Shown here: in pieces, positions 26,592 through 39,800 of the stretch
Position numbering within the stretch: the stretch's first letter is position 1
Layout of the letters: every line of letters begins with the position of its first letter
Origin: Seison nebaliae
Taxonomy: Eukaryota
DNA length: 64,000 nucleotides
NCBI GenBank assembly: GCA_023231475.1
Contig: JALJEE010001982.1
Location: 1 to 64,000 of the forward strand
Direction of reading: 5' to 3'
The notes under the pieces: generated by a model
The model's input: only the letters and a program-made list of their open reading frames with translations
What the model was told of the DNA's origin: nothing
Databases searched by the model: none
Translations under genes and position numbers: made by a program

Positions 26592-26605
26592 GTTGTCATG
26601 GCAAC
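26592..26605. promoter_or_regulatory. RFX X-box with no assigned gene
   Basis: GTTGTCATGGCAAC, a near-perfect palindromic X-box. Confidence 0.55.
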
Positions 26606-27371
26606 CGAAGGAGAAGTTTTAGAAAAAAATTTACTTTCACTTCTTTGCTGATGATAAATTTCTTTCACCGATCATATCAGCGGAATGAGCAATGTGCGTA
26701 AAATTGAAGTAATTATGTTCTGCTTATTTCATTCTTTCTTCCATCGATGAAAGGATGAATAAGAAAAATTCCTTCAGATTTTTCTCCAACAATTAACAGA
26801 AAACATTCCCGAATATTTTTTTAAAAAATCACAAAAAATTATGTTACATTTTATGTTTTTTAGAAGTTGACAAAAGTTGGAATTACCATTTCTCTAGTCA
26901 TCAATTATTTAGTAGTTCATGAAGATTGTGATGAAAGAAAATTGGTGACGGGATTGAACGGGCAACAATTGTTAGAAGGAAAAGTTAAAAGCGTTCAATA
27001 ACCGAATTATTTTTTGCCTAGAATACTCACTTTTCATAGTCTAACAATATTTTACAAACACTATGACATCGTTACCAAACTCTTCTTGTAAGTAGCTCCT
27101 CTTTCAAGTCTCGTTTGCCTTACAGTTCCAAAACGGACGGAAATGTAGTGCCATCATGAAATGAATAATATAATACTCATTATTATCCTTCTACTACTAC
27201 TTTCTACCTCTCATCAATCACCTTCTCTTCATTGAGTACTTATCGAGAAAAAGAGAACAATTCCGTTGCCCCATTCACGATACTTTGACGAGTTATTGAA
27301 TATGTTGAATTTGAGGAAAGTCATATTTTTGTCATTTTTCTTTTCCGTTTAAACGTATAAGAAGAATGAAT

Positions 27372-28771
27372 ATTTATTATTTATTTATTAAAATTCTCGT
27401 CGGGATAAAGAAGAAAAAATAGAAAAAAAATTTTGTCGTCCTCATTGTCGATTAGATGCCTTAATTGATCGAGGGAGTCGCGGTCGATTGATGAAGTGGA
27501 TGACGCATCATAAGTGGTAATGAAATCTTTGAAATCGTTGAGAGAAATATTACGAGAAAGATCATAGTATCTCATGGTGTACGAAAGAATTGAGTGAGCG
27601 GGAAATGGGTTGGATGCGCTGATTTTGTCGAATAAGGAAAAAAACGACGGCACATGAGAATGGGAAGTGGTGCGATATTTACTGTTGCAAAGAGAAGAGA
27701 ACGATTGCATCTATGGAAACAACAGATAGTCGTCCTAATCAGCCGATTATAGGCCCGATCGAGCGAGAGGAATGAACGATGTGAACAGAGAAAAATCGTC
27801 TCCAAGGAATACATCGGTAGAACTAAACCCTTAAGAAGCGAAAGACGGATCTTCAACGGAACGAATTTGGATTTAGGAGAAAAAGAGAAGAACGCTCTAC
27901 AAAATTTATTCCGAATACGATCGAGAGCACACGATGAGAATGACCGAATATCGATCAAAGAGCCGAGAAAGACGTTGGAAGAACTGAGAGGAATGTTGGA
28001 GAAAGAATGATTGCCAGTCGACAACAACCAACATTTCGATTCATTAATGGAAATACCTCTTTCGGCGAGATGATGAGTGATGCGTAGATATGAAAATTTT
28101 AGTTTGCGAAGCGACCGATGGATGATAACGAAATCGTCGGCATATGCCATAACTTGAGGAAATGGAGAGTTTCCAATATCGATCAGATTGTTCTCATTTA
28201 GTTCACGGAGAACGCCATCGATAGCCAGTCCAAATAACCAGGGACCCAAGATAGTTCCTTGACGAATACCCGAGTTGATTTGGAATGTGGAACTAGAGTT
28301 GTCACCATGAACTACCCGGCGTGTAGTACACGCCCAGATGAGTTTTGAGAAAGATGAATGAGGAACTTGATGATCGGTAATTGTACACCTTGACGCTGTA
28401 AGTGATGGAGAGCGAAGGAAACGTTGACGGAATCAAATGCCTTACAAAATAAATGTTAGAAGAGTCGAGGAAAAGTAGATGTAAGGACACTTTCTTGTCT
28501 CTCGCGATAGAAATGGCTGAACGAAGAATGAGAAGGAGAGGATATGTTCCTCGACAGGAAGAGCGATAAGCGAATTGATAAGATGACGAATACAGAACAT
28601 TTCGATAACGAAATAGGATAAGATTCTCCAAAACTTTCAGTAGGAAAGAAGAGATATAAATCGGTCTGTAGGAACTGAAAGAAGATTGATCGATATTTGG
28701 TTTCTTTACGTTAGGAATTATCTTAAGGAGAAGAGAAATGGAATAATGGATAAACATGTGGAATTTATTAT
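27372..28771 (-). mobile_element. 5'-truncated, frameshifted non-LTR retrotransposon (RT domain)
   Basis: IIPNVKKP..SSYRPI..SFLLKVLE, QFAYR, LLFLD, GIRQGTILGPWLF, MAYADD, GISINESK, VFLGS are spread over several frames. A-rich 3' tail near 27380. Possible target-site duplication ATTTATTAT at 27372-27380 and 28763-28771 (low complexity). Confidence 0.88.
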
Positions 28772-28844
28772 ATTGACGAAAAGCTCAACAAAAAATCCTA
28801 ATTCTATTCACATCTCTCTCAATCGTCAAATATCTTCTGCTCTA

Positions 28845-30242
28845 TCAATTCTTCGACTCGACTAATTTCAACATTTCCGCTAACATTTCTGGCAATACTT
28901 CGATTTCGGCGTCAGCTGGTTCTTCAGGACGAATATCCAGGTAAGGCCACTCCATAACATTCTCGTGCTCCATAAGTGGCACACCGTTATCTCGTAATTT
29001 CTGTAGAACATCGTCCGCATCCACCATATCGACTTTAGTGGCGGCTTGTATTTCTTCTACAATCTTATTTACCGTATCCTCATCAACATACAAGAGAGGA
29101 TTCAAATTCATCGGTGCCCTTGACGGAAGCGTTACTTTATTCGTAGCTAACCGATACATTTGCTTCACATAATCTAAAAAGGAATATGAATGAAAATATT
29201 TACTTAGAGAAGTTACAACTTGTATAGGCTGGTTCTTCCTGATAAACCGTTTCAAGTTTTGCTATAAATGAGAAAAATTAAATTGTTATTAATCGAAATG
29301 AAAAACGTTTAAATTTCTCCAAATCCTCACATAAACGGCGAATACTCGATTCGTCTAGTCCTGGTATGTCGCCCCCACTATCCACGGTTGTTATGCCCTG
29401 CGGCACTTTATCAAGTTGACACTGCTGACCCATTTTATTCAAACCAAGGGCTGTCAATTTTCTTGGATTGTCTGACGAAGTAAAAAAGGTGAAATAAATG
29501 ACAACTATTTAAAGTGTAACTGCACTTCGGAAATTTGATCAGGTCAACAGTTTCTAAAAATGGATAAGTTCATAAAAGAAAATTGAGAAAACGAACCGAT
29601 ATCTGTTAGACCACTGACATGAGAATGATGAATTAGATGAAGGATGAATTGATAAAGAAGAGAAACCTCGCTTTGAAATATAATGGGTAGACAGGTTTAT
29701 CTGTAAATAGGGACGGAATTAAACAGATATTTTTCGAATTTTCAAAATTAACCATTCGGATCTGTCACGCTCATGATGGATGTCATTCCCTTAATAATAT
29801 CTTTAAAATTGTCATTATATAATAATTGGAATTATTAAAAAATTTCACTTTGAGCATCACGTGCTTCTTCCATTTGATGACAAACGGAATCCAAGAACCG
29901 ACTACCTCCAAATAACGGTGCTCCTGATCGATATTTACCAGTGTGACTCACACAAGCCAACCATTCCTTCGTCATGTTCTTAGTTGTATTAGTTTTTAGA
30001 TATGATTTGGGATCATAAACGTGATCATTCAGCTTAGAATACTGACGACTCTTTTCATTGAACTTTTTTGAGACGAGAGTCTTATGCAACATTTTCGGCC
30101 ATGGATGACCAGGTGTCATATGTCTTAAAAACAATTTTATTCTGTTAAAATATTCTGTATCAGCAATCGAATTTACTTCCTCTGCTCGTTGTATGTCATC
30201 TTGTTCATATGTTCCAATTTTCACGGGATATAAATTAGCCAT
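28845..30242 (-). CDS. Unidentified 8-exon protein-coding gene
   Basis: Seven short GT-AG introns join ORF 29835-30242 to ORF 28845-29255 in a stop-free frame (…EEARDAQNIIKGMTSIMSVTDPNDKPVYPLYFKASGLTDIETVDLIKFPKCNNPRKL…). It includes a 17-nt exon at 29597-29613. No family recognised. Confidence 0.75.
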
Positions 30243-30436
30243 CGGATAATAGTTGAGTTAGTTAGGATGAAAATGAATAATGAAGGCGAAATAGATTGGT
30301 AAGAAAAAGGAAAAAAAATGAGAAAAATAAAAATTGAAGGAAATGGTTTTTCTGTTCGGATTTTTATTCTTCTCAAATATCAAACAAATATATTCAAATA
30401 CCATGTTTTATTTATAGTTCTTTCTCTCTCAATTAA

Positions 30437-32772
30437 TTAAGAACGATTTCCATTTCGATCATTCGCTAAAGCGAGACGTCGAATGTTCGATATGCAACCG
30501 GCGGAAGCTTCTTGTAACTCATTATCATCTGACGGAACGAGATTTATTAGAGCCTGTTGGAAAGAGAAAAATGATTTTCTCTATTTTTATAAATTTTAAC
30601 TTTCACAGCACCAGCTTCGTGCATCGCAACACAATTATGTGCTTCTTTCGACAATTGGTGTAGTGCTTTGGCTGTCGATCTTCTGACACAGATATCATTT
30701 GTTGCCTTCAAATATCGGACGAATGGTTCGACTGCATTCTCTTCTCCGAACTGTTCTCGATTCTTGTTCCATTGACAACATTCGCAAACGGCGTCTGCTA
30801 AATATCTTCTCAAATTATCGTCGTTCTATAAAGAGAGGAAATGAAATTAACATGAAAATTTAGTGGGAACTGTTGATGTCAATTTAGCGAGTGAATGAAC
30901 CACACCATGATCGGTGATAACGGCCAAATTCTCTTGATCTCGAGCTATATAAGAGATGGCGGAACATACGGCTGCCAATACTTCATCATCTGGTGAATCG
31001 AGTAAAGAAACGATCAGTTCCAAACCACCCACAAAACTTCTGACTAATTCACCTGCATCTTTCGTAGTTTTGATACATGGGCAAATAGCACGAGCAGCAG
31101 CTGCTTGTACTTTCCTATTAGGATTCTTTAAAAGAGACCAAAGATATCTGACACCATCTTGTCGATCGATCACACTAGAATAAATTTTAAATTATTCCAA
31201 TAATAAAAAATTTCAGTAACACCATATTCTCCGAATCTTCCGCACATTGTTGAATGGAATTACAGAGATTGACTAATAAGTCATCGTTCGTTCCAGTGAG
31301 TTGTCGAACGAGAAGTTGAATTCCGTTAGCACGTCGAATTATTCCGCGATTCTCAGGAATCTTTCCACATTCTCCCAATGCTCCCACCACATTAATTAAA
31401 ACTTCTTCTGGCTGATCATTCAACAAAGTCACTAAAGTATCCGTCAATTTATAGTTCTGGAATTCCCTCACATTCTCTGAACACAATGCACACTTCCAGA
31501 TGGCACCAGTTAATGCTTCTAATAAATCCTTGTTATTATTCGTCGATTGAAGGAGATCGGCGAGAGGTTTCAATCCATTCTCTTCTCGAACTAGTCGACG
31601 TACTTCCACATCTTCAGCACACTTGAAAATAGCCCAAGCACAATGTTTTATCAATTGCTCATCTTTCGACGTCGCCATCAAACGGATCAAATCTTTCACC
31701 ATATTCTCTTGTCGAACTGCGTGTCGATATATCAACTCACTCGAACAAACTTGTAATGTTCCAACGATGGGAATACAAACCGTTTCTGAGGGATGTTGTA
31801 ATAGTTTCGCTATCAACGGAATAATTCCTTCGCAAATAAAAGTTGATATGTCTTAATAGAAAGGGAGATGGAACCTGCTCTTCTCATACTTTCCTTATTC
31901 ATCGTACTCTTACTCAAACTCCACAGTGCTAAAGCGACACATCTGATCACCTCGAAACTTTCATTCATTTCCGTATTTTCTTCGTCTAAAAATAATTTTC
32001 AAATTTAAAATTTCTTTTTATGGAATATTAACCATCATTTGGAATACTTCCATTCCGATTTGATATGGAGGAATGTTCCATCTTCGAATGTTTCAATCTA
32101 TCCGCTTCACTTTCTCCTTGTTCCAATTTCAATAATTCCACTAATTTCTTTATTCCGTTGGCTTTCCGTACGGCACGTCTGGCACGTTTGAACTTCGCTA
32201 CATTCGCAATAGTTTCGGCTGCTAATGCCTTCAATCGTTTATCGTCATCACTGGAAACGATATTGATCATTAATTGTAGTCCTCCCAAATCGCCAATACA
32301 TCGACGAATATAAGAATTTTCTGATATTTCACGTAAAATTTGGAGGGAACCGATCTACATATGACGACGTGAGTTGAACGAGATGAAACTAAATGAAAAC
32401 TTTACAACAATGATCTTGAGTATCTAAGAGATTGATGAGGATTTCTAATCCGCCAACATCTTTTATTGCCAATTGACATGTCTGTTGTTGGAGATTCAGA
32501 TCTCTTAGACTACAAAGAGCGATCAATGTAGCGGATGGATTTCCTCCTTTCATATATTTCACCAATTTCTGAATCTGCCAATACTCTTGAGGTAGATCAG
32601 AATTATCTAATTTTTGCTTTTCCAAATATTCTTCTTCTCCTTCCGATTCCGTCGAATCCGATTCAACAAATTGCTCCTGCACATTCATTCTACTACCAGA
32701 ATTCTCATTCCTACTTCCTTTCTTCTGGTATTCTCGCGTCCTCTCTAACGTTGTCTTCTCACGATATTTCAT
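30437..32772 (-). CDS. ARMC4: Armadillo-repeat outer dynein arm docking protein (ARMC4/ODAD2/gudu)
   Basis: [94 protein letters not shown] and C-terminal [13 protein letters not shown]. Introns: 32355-32400, 31986-32032, 31828-31874, 31175-31220, 30826-30870, 30554-30600. Confidence 0.93.
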
Positions 32773-32847
32773 GTTCTACCACTATTCGATAGAGTTCCGA
32801 TCAGGAAACTGAAGGATCAGTGATGTTTATATTAAAATGTTTGGATT

Positions 32848-32861
32848 ATCACTATGGCAAC
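32848..32861. promoter_or_regulatory. RFX X-box upstream of ARMC4
   Basis: ATCACTATGGCAAC (reverse complement GTTGCCATAGTGAT), about 75 bp upstream of the ATG of a motile-cilia gene. Confidence 0.65.
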
Positions 32862-33699
32862 GACGAGCTTCAAATTGAAAATTCCCGAGTTGAGTCGATT
32901 CATTCGATTGGGCGAAAAAAAATTTCGTTGAGCTTGCTTAACTCCATAAGTGGAAATTATCATGTGTGCAGGAACTACGTAATCATAAAATGACTTATCA
33001 TTAATGAGAATTTACATAAGAAAGTTTTTCTTTCAATTTTCTTTTGTTCTTCTTATCGGACAGGAAGTTCTTAGTCGAAATGAAAGTGGATTAACATCAT
33101 TGATACTCGTGTTCCTACATGTGAGTTTAGGGAGAAAGAATTTCTTCCGGCTTTAATTAACACCATATAATGAGTGTGTTCTACTAGAAAGACTGAAACT
33201 TGATAACATTCTCTTATCAAGCCACACTCTAATAAATTCAACTGATCGATCGTTAATTGTTCTGTTCTTCATTTGCTATTGTGTCAATTTGTCGTTTGAT
33301 AAATTTCTCTTGTTCTAATTTGAATTCATAGACTGTTTTCTTCATGATGGATTTCCATCGTTGCCATACATATTAATTGAACAGGTCAATGAGAGCTACA
33401 CTTCTTCCATTATCGTGTGTGTGTTTTTGTGTGTTTGTGTGTGTGTGGATAAGGGGAGGTAGATGAGGAGAGTCATAGAGTGAAATGTTAAGACAAAACG
33501 AGAAGTTAAATGGAGAGAATATTTTCGCTGAATTTCACCTTCAGCGCACAGTGGAAGTGGAGGAAGGGAAGTGAGTTTGATAACAAGCACATGACATTAA
33601 TGTTTTCTCGCTTAACCTTCGTCAACCTCATTTGTTTGTGCGTATGAAAGGAGATGTGAACCGTTAGTAGGAAAAGATACGTCTATTCATCAAGATTAT

Positions 33700-33713
33700 G
33701 TTGTCATAGCAAC
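33700..33713. promoter_or_regulatory. RFX X-box upstream of the CCDC162-like gene
   Basis: GTTGTCATAGCAAC, about 140 bp upstream of ATG 33856. Confidence 0.7.
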
Positions 33714-33855
33714 TAATTATTCTTCTGTCAATCGACTCGATTTCTCCTTATTCCACCAGATTCTCCCTTCTAAAACACTTTCAAATCATAATTCATTCAT
33801 CTCTCCAACCAGTCATCTCTCCTTCACTCATCTCCATGAAGATTCATCTCACAAC

Positions 33856-36800
33856 ATGTTAACTATTGGACAGTCGTCAGTCTTCTCACCGGAGATCGAC
33901 GAAGAACATGAAGTGAAGACGAAAAATTTGAGTAATTTGGTGGCGGATTTGAAAGGGGAAATCGAAGAGAATTCCGTTCATCATAATTTGACATTCAACT
34001 CCTCACAAACGTTCAGTTTCTTTCCTTCACTCCAAAAAACACCTCACTCCCAAATAGATCCATACTCGACATTAACGACGTATTATCGAACGAATTGGAA
34101 CGACAAACTGTTCTCGATCGATTAGCTGCTGTTTTACTTTGCTATGAAATCTCTAAATTCACAAAATCCATTCGAATAGTTACCACAAATACGAGAACCG
34201 AAACTATTGGGAAATGAATTGCAGAAACAATTGGAGATATTGAAAGAGAGTGAATATAACGATATTTCCATCCTATACATTCTCTACGAAGTTCAATCAC
34301 TTCACTTCTTATTCTTCATTTCCTGTTCCAGTTCTATCTCGTACGTCCCACCATGATTCTATATCAAATATATTTGATGAAATTAAGAAAATATTTCTAC
34401 TCCACCAAATCGAATGGCCAAATCAATTCGTTCATCGACAACTATTGTAAGTTCACTTCCATTCCATAAACAATTGTTCGTCAATCAAATCTTCTCTCAG
34501 ATATTTACAGAGTCAGCAACTTGGAATGTTGGAGAAATTCAACAAATACAACTCGTTAAAAAGTTCGTTTTTAAAGATGGCCGGCAAACAGATATCGCCA
34601 ACGGTTCTATGGGCCAAAGGACAACATTTACTCGATTTATCGGACGTGAAGGATTTGTTGGAAGAGAAGATTCCATATTATTCTTCATATCGTTTATGGT
34701 CGAAATTCGAATCGGTTTCCATTTGATTTTTAAGAAAAATTTTAAAAGAAAAATTAATTTTCTATTAAGATTGCTCAAACCATCTTTTATTTGCACAGAA
34801 ATGATTTTTTGACGATTTCTCTCCAATTGAAGAATGATCGTCTATCATTCAACAAATATCGAGTTCCCTTATTGAAGAAGGAGTCGATGAATATCGATGA
34901 ATCAATCGTCAAGTTCCTCCAACATTTCAATTTGTCATTTGTTCGTGCATTTTCTTTCTCTCTCAATATTCTTTAATGTCATTGAATAGAACACGACACG
35001 TTTACGAGAGGAGAGGAAGGAGATGGAATTATATGGGCTAGTCATACGTCATTTTCGTCAACTTTTCCAGAAACAAGAGAGATATATGTCTATCATTTCA
35101 TCTGGGCAGTTATTAAGGAATTCGAAACATTTAGAATCGTCTTCATTCCATACCACCGTTTCTTATGAGTATGAGAAGATGTGTCAATTCCTTCATCTTC
35201 ATCCAACTTATCCTTCCGATTATATCAATTCACAAAACCATACGAAATGTGATATTCTGTTGAAGAATCAAGCGAAAATTATTCATTTGAAATCACCAGA
35301 TGTTTAATTTAATTTTTTTGTTCAAATAATAAATTCCAAAATTCGTAGCTACTTCGTCAAATGTATAACAGTTTAGCGAATTCGATTCAAACGATTCAAT
35401 TGAATAATGAAAAAATGACGAATGCATCATCGATCAATAACATCATCAATTCATATGAAGTTCTAGAAAGAATGTTCAATTCGAATGCGATGGAACTTCA
35501 TCAGACAAAGAAAGACAAGTTCCATTGGAATTCAAATGACAAATGAATAAATTTTTCTCTCGCAAAATTATTAAAGTTTAGAAGTTGAACCGAAATCGTT
35601 AGGAATGAGCGCCGTTGATCGAAATAATGGGAAGAATATCGATTTCAATCGATTACAAAAAACAGAGAAGAAATCACAATCATCAACATCAACGGGTGAC
35701 TATGCATATATGGAAACGTTACAGAAATTGGGACTGGATGATCCGTCCGATTCATCGAATAATAATAATTCGAACGATCATGGAATTTTGATGTCGTTTC
35801 TACTTCTTCGTCATCTTCGCATGAGAGACGATTATCTTCAAACGTTTTATATTCTCAATTATTTCCGATCGATTCAACGAACTCTAATTATCATTGGTGA
35901 TGACTTGATTGTGGATGAGAATAATGATATTTGTTCTGAACAGTTTCATTCTCTTTCATTTCTCTATTCACTATTCACAATTTCTAGTTTTGGTACATTC
36001 TCGACCGATATCGGACTACTCTCACCCAACATTCCTGATATTTCATGTGTCAATCCATCGCCGATGTTTAGTGATTTTATTTTATTGAAAATCATTAAAT
36101 TTTGTTCAAACATTATTTCTTGAAGGAAATTGTTGAACATGAACAATTTGAAGAATATGGATGTTCATTTCCATTTCGATCGATTAATGGAAGATGAATC
36201 ACACGACTACACGGGAATAATGGATGAGAATAATAACGAGATAATTTATGAAGAAACATTAAAAGATATAAAGTTAATTTTATTCTTCATTCAAAATTAT
36301 CATGTACTTTGGAAGAAAATTGGAATTTGATTTAATTCAAATCGCTTCACATTCCATCGAATGTGGCCAACCGGCTAGTTTGGATTCCAGTGAAGACTCT
36401 GCAAATACTTTATTATTATTCAATAGTTCCATTGATCGTTATGCAATCATTTATGACATTTGGAAATATCAGGCACTCTATCTGAATAAAATGAAAGAAT
36501 TAGTCGAAATTTATTGGACCATCTATTTACATACGGACGAGTTGAACATGCAGCAGGAATTGAGTTGCGTCATCAATGATTTGATGTTTGGCTCCTATCG
36601 ACTACCACGATTCGATCATCATTCAAAACGAACGAAAAAGTCTCCGATCGAAGTAGAAAACTTTGTAAATTATTCTTCAATCATAACAAACGATTCACTG
36701 GAAAATGATGAGAATACAAAAGAAACGACGAAGTCGCAGAAAGGAAATTTCAATTCGATTCCTTATTATTTCGTCGACACTTACGTGAAGGAGTTGACAA

Positions 36801-39800
36801 TTCTCGACAATAAGATCTCGTTGCTCACCAAAATCTTCAATGAAATAGTTCTCCGTCTTTCTCGTCCAATTTTCATTCTCTCTTTCTCTTCCACAACTAC
36901 CAAATCTCTTTTTCCCATGTCGAAATAAGGTATTGAAAATGTCGAATTTGAGAGAGTTGAATCAACAACAAACCACAAAGGTGATGAGTGAACCTCGAAA
37001 ACCGTTCACCAACCAATTATTGACGACATTTATGTGGTTAGGTTGTTCTTCTATTATACATGATTAGCATATGGAATTGATCCTAAAGTAGACTAATAAA
37101 ATTTGTATATTATATTAATAACTAATACCTATTACCTAATACCTAATATAGTTAAATTGAAAATTTCCTTTTTTTAATTTTCTAGTGATCAACGATGTTC
37201 AATCATTCATCTTCATCCCACATTGGGATATATGGCAAATTTCGAGAGAATTTATCGCCATCATTTGCATGTTTCCTTCCGTTCCCTCACATACGTTCAA
37301 CTTCTCGTTGTAGATTTTGGTGAGGGAAGATGTCTGGTCGGATGGAAGTAATTTGAGTAAACTGATTCTCGAACAATTGTATAGTAAACTTTTGAATGAA
37401 GAATTCCTATCTACCGACAACGATCTACAACTCCAATTTTCTTCTCATTTGTCGAAGGAAGTGTTGTGCGAATTGAAATTGGAGAATGTTCGTTGGTTGA
37501 GTAATTTATTGGACGAGAGTATTTATGGAGAATTAAAAGAAAAAGAAGATGATGAGGTTATGGATGAGCAACGGAAGAACAATTTATTAATTGCCACTAA
37601 ATTGACGAAAGGCGAGAGAGCGAAGAAGCTTTCCACTTTGACCGTTCATTTATTGGAACTGCTCAATCTCCGAATTCGATTATTGCAGTCATGTCAATTA
37701 AATCTACTTCTACTCAAATCATATAAACGATACGGTGAACAACTTCAATTCACTAATTATCATGCTTATCTTCGTCACATGAAATTCGAATATGGGAAAT
37801 TTAATAACGATGTTCTCATACCCAATCAAATATTTCTGGAAGCAGATAAGCCGGAAATTGACAGTGATGATATCGATTCGGTTCCATCAACAGCAAATCA
37901 GAATATTTTCTCGTTAACCGATCCAACAGCGAATGATTCGCAGGAACGTCGTCGAAACAACACTACTTCACAAACCACCAGTAAGACGAATAATAATTGT
38001 CGTGAATTAGATCGGTTTTTCTTTCTTTCTCCATTTCTCTATTTCTCAATTCGTCGAAGTTTCCTCCCTAACACTTTCAATTTAGCCATCAGTGAATTGG
38101 ATGAAGGAAGTATTAGCTGGATAGATTATCGTCATCGAAATAAGATTTTGGAAGTTCATTTTCTAGAGATTTCTATTCCATCAATTCTCAATTAGATGTT
38201 GACCTCTGATCTCGGTATGGAATTTCACCGTTTAGTCAATCGACTAGAAATCACTCAATCATTCTTCCTATTGACAGCTCTCCAAATCATGGAGGTTTGC
38301 TCGAAAACACATCCGAATCGGTTTCCAAAAATTTTTTTTCAAATATTAAACTTTTCTATCGCCTCCTCTTTCTCTAGAGAATTACAATCGAATAGTTTCA
38401 TTTCAATTCAATATGAAAAAGTTAAATTTGTATTTTGGGAAATTGAAATTGATGAAATTCTTCAGACTCAAATCAGAGATGGTATGTTGAATGATTTTGT
38501 TGAGGAGAAGAATAAATCTCCACAAATCATTAGTGACAAGGAACAATTGAAAAAAGTGAAAATTGAATATATCGAAAATTATTTAGGAACATTAGCACTC
38601 CGGTTAACGGAATTGTCAGCTCGATATCAATTGATTTATTTCTATGATTCCATTCTGGAAATACTCTCCGAATACAATACGACAAAGTTCCGTTTAGAAA
38701 TCATTGAAAAAATTCACCTTCTCAAAGATATTCTCATTTTATGATTGGTGATGAATTCGATTTACAATCGGAAACGAAACGACTTCGTGAAAAGAGAACC
38801 GAACAAGAAATCCAGAAACAATTGAAACAGAATGGTGGAAAGGATTTTGTGAGTATCGACATCACTTTCGATTTGGAAGAGGAGAAGAAGTTGGACATGT
38901 CAGACACGAAGAATTTCGTTGCCAACAAAACGGTGGAGAAGCGAATGCCAAAAAAGTTTTTCGTTTCAGACATCACGCAGGAAATCGCTCAATCCACCAT
39001 CGCTAATTTATGGTATATTCCCCATTATACGGAATTGTTAGTATTATTCCGTCCGATTTTACCACCGACCATCGATTCGAAATCATCTAACTTCAAATAT
39101 TTGAAGTTCTTGAAAGAACAACATTTGTGGAACGAACAAATTTTTCGAAATTATCTGCTTTTAATTTTATGTGTTCACGATCTATTGAAAATGCATCAAG
39201 CACGACATGAATTAGATGAATTAATGTGTAATCGACAAATTAATCCGATGAAATTTCACGTACAATCTGATCAGAAAAGTGAGAGAAATATTTATAGTCT
39301 TCGATCACTTGTTGATGAATTGCAACAGGAAACGAATCGTTTAGAAAAACGAGACGATTTGACTCAAGTCTCCAATCTCGTCCAAATTAAGAGACGAGAG
39401 AAGATTCTGGAAACGGTCACGCTACAATTAGTCTGGATACCACAACGACTGATGGAATCGTTGGAGGAAAAAGATTTGAAATTGAATGATTCGTTCAATT
39501 CTCTCGTGAAATTGACGAAGAATGTCTTATCGTCGAAATTGTTACATTTCGCTTTCCGTACCAATAGTACACTTCAAATTTATGGAAGAGAACCAACTTT
39601 TATACAATTAACTTCTCCTTCATTCTCCACCGTTCGTCATTCCAAAATTTTCACTCAATCACTTTTCACTTTACCGATATCGGGAAATGATGAACATCTA
39701 TCACCGTTCATACGGTTATTAAATGATGAACCTAATAAAGATATGTTATCAATGGGAAGTGGTTCAAAGAGAACGAAATCAGGAAAAACTCAACAAGTGA

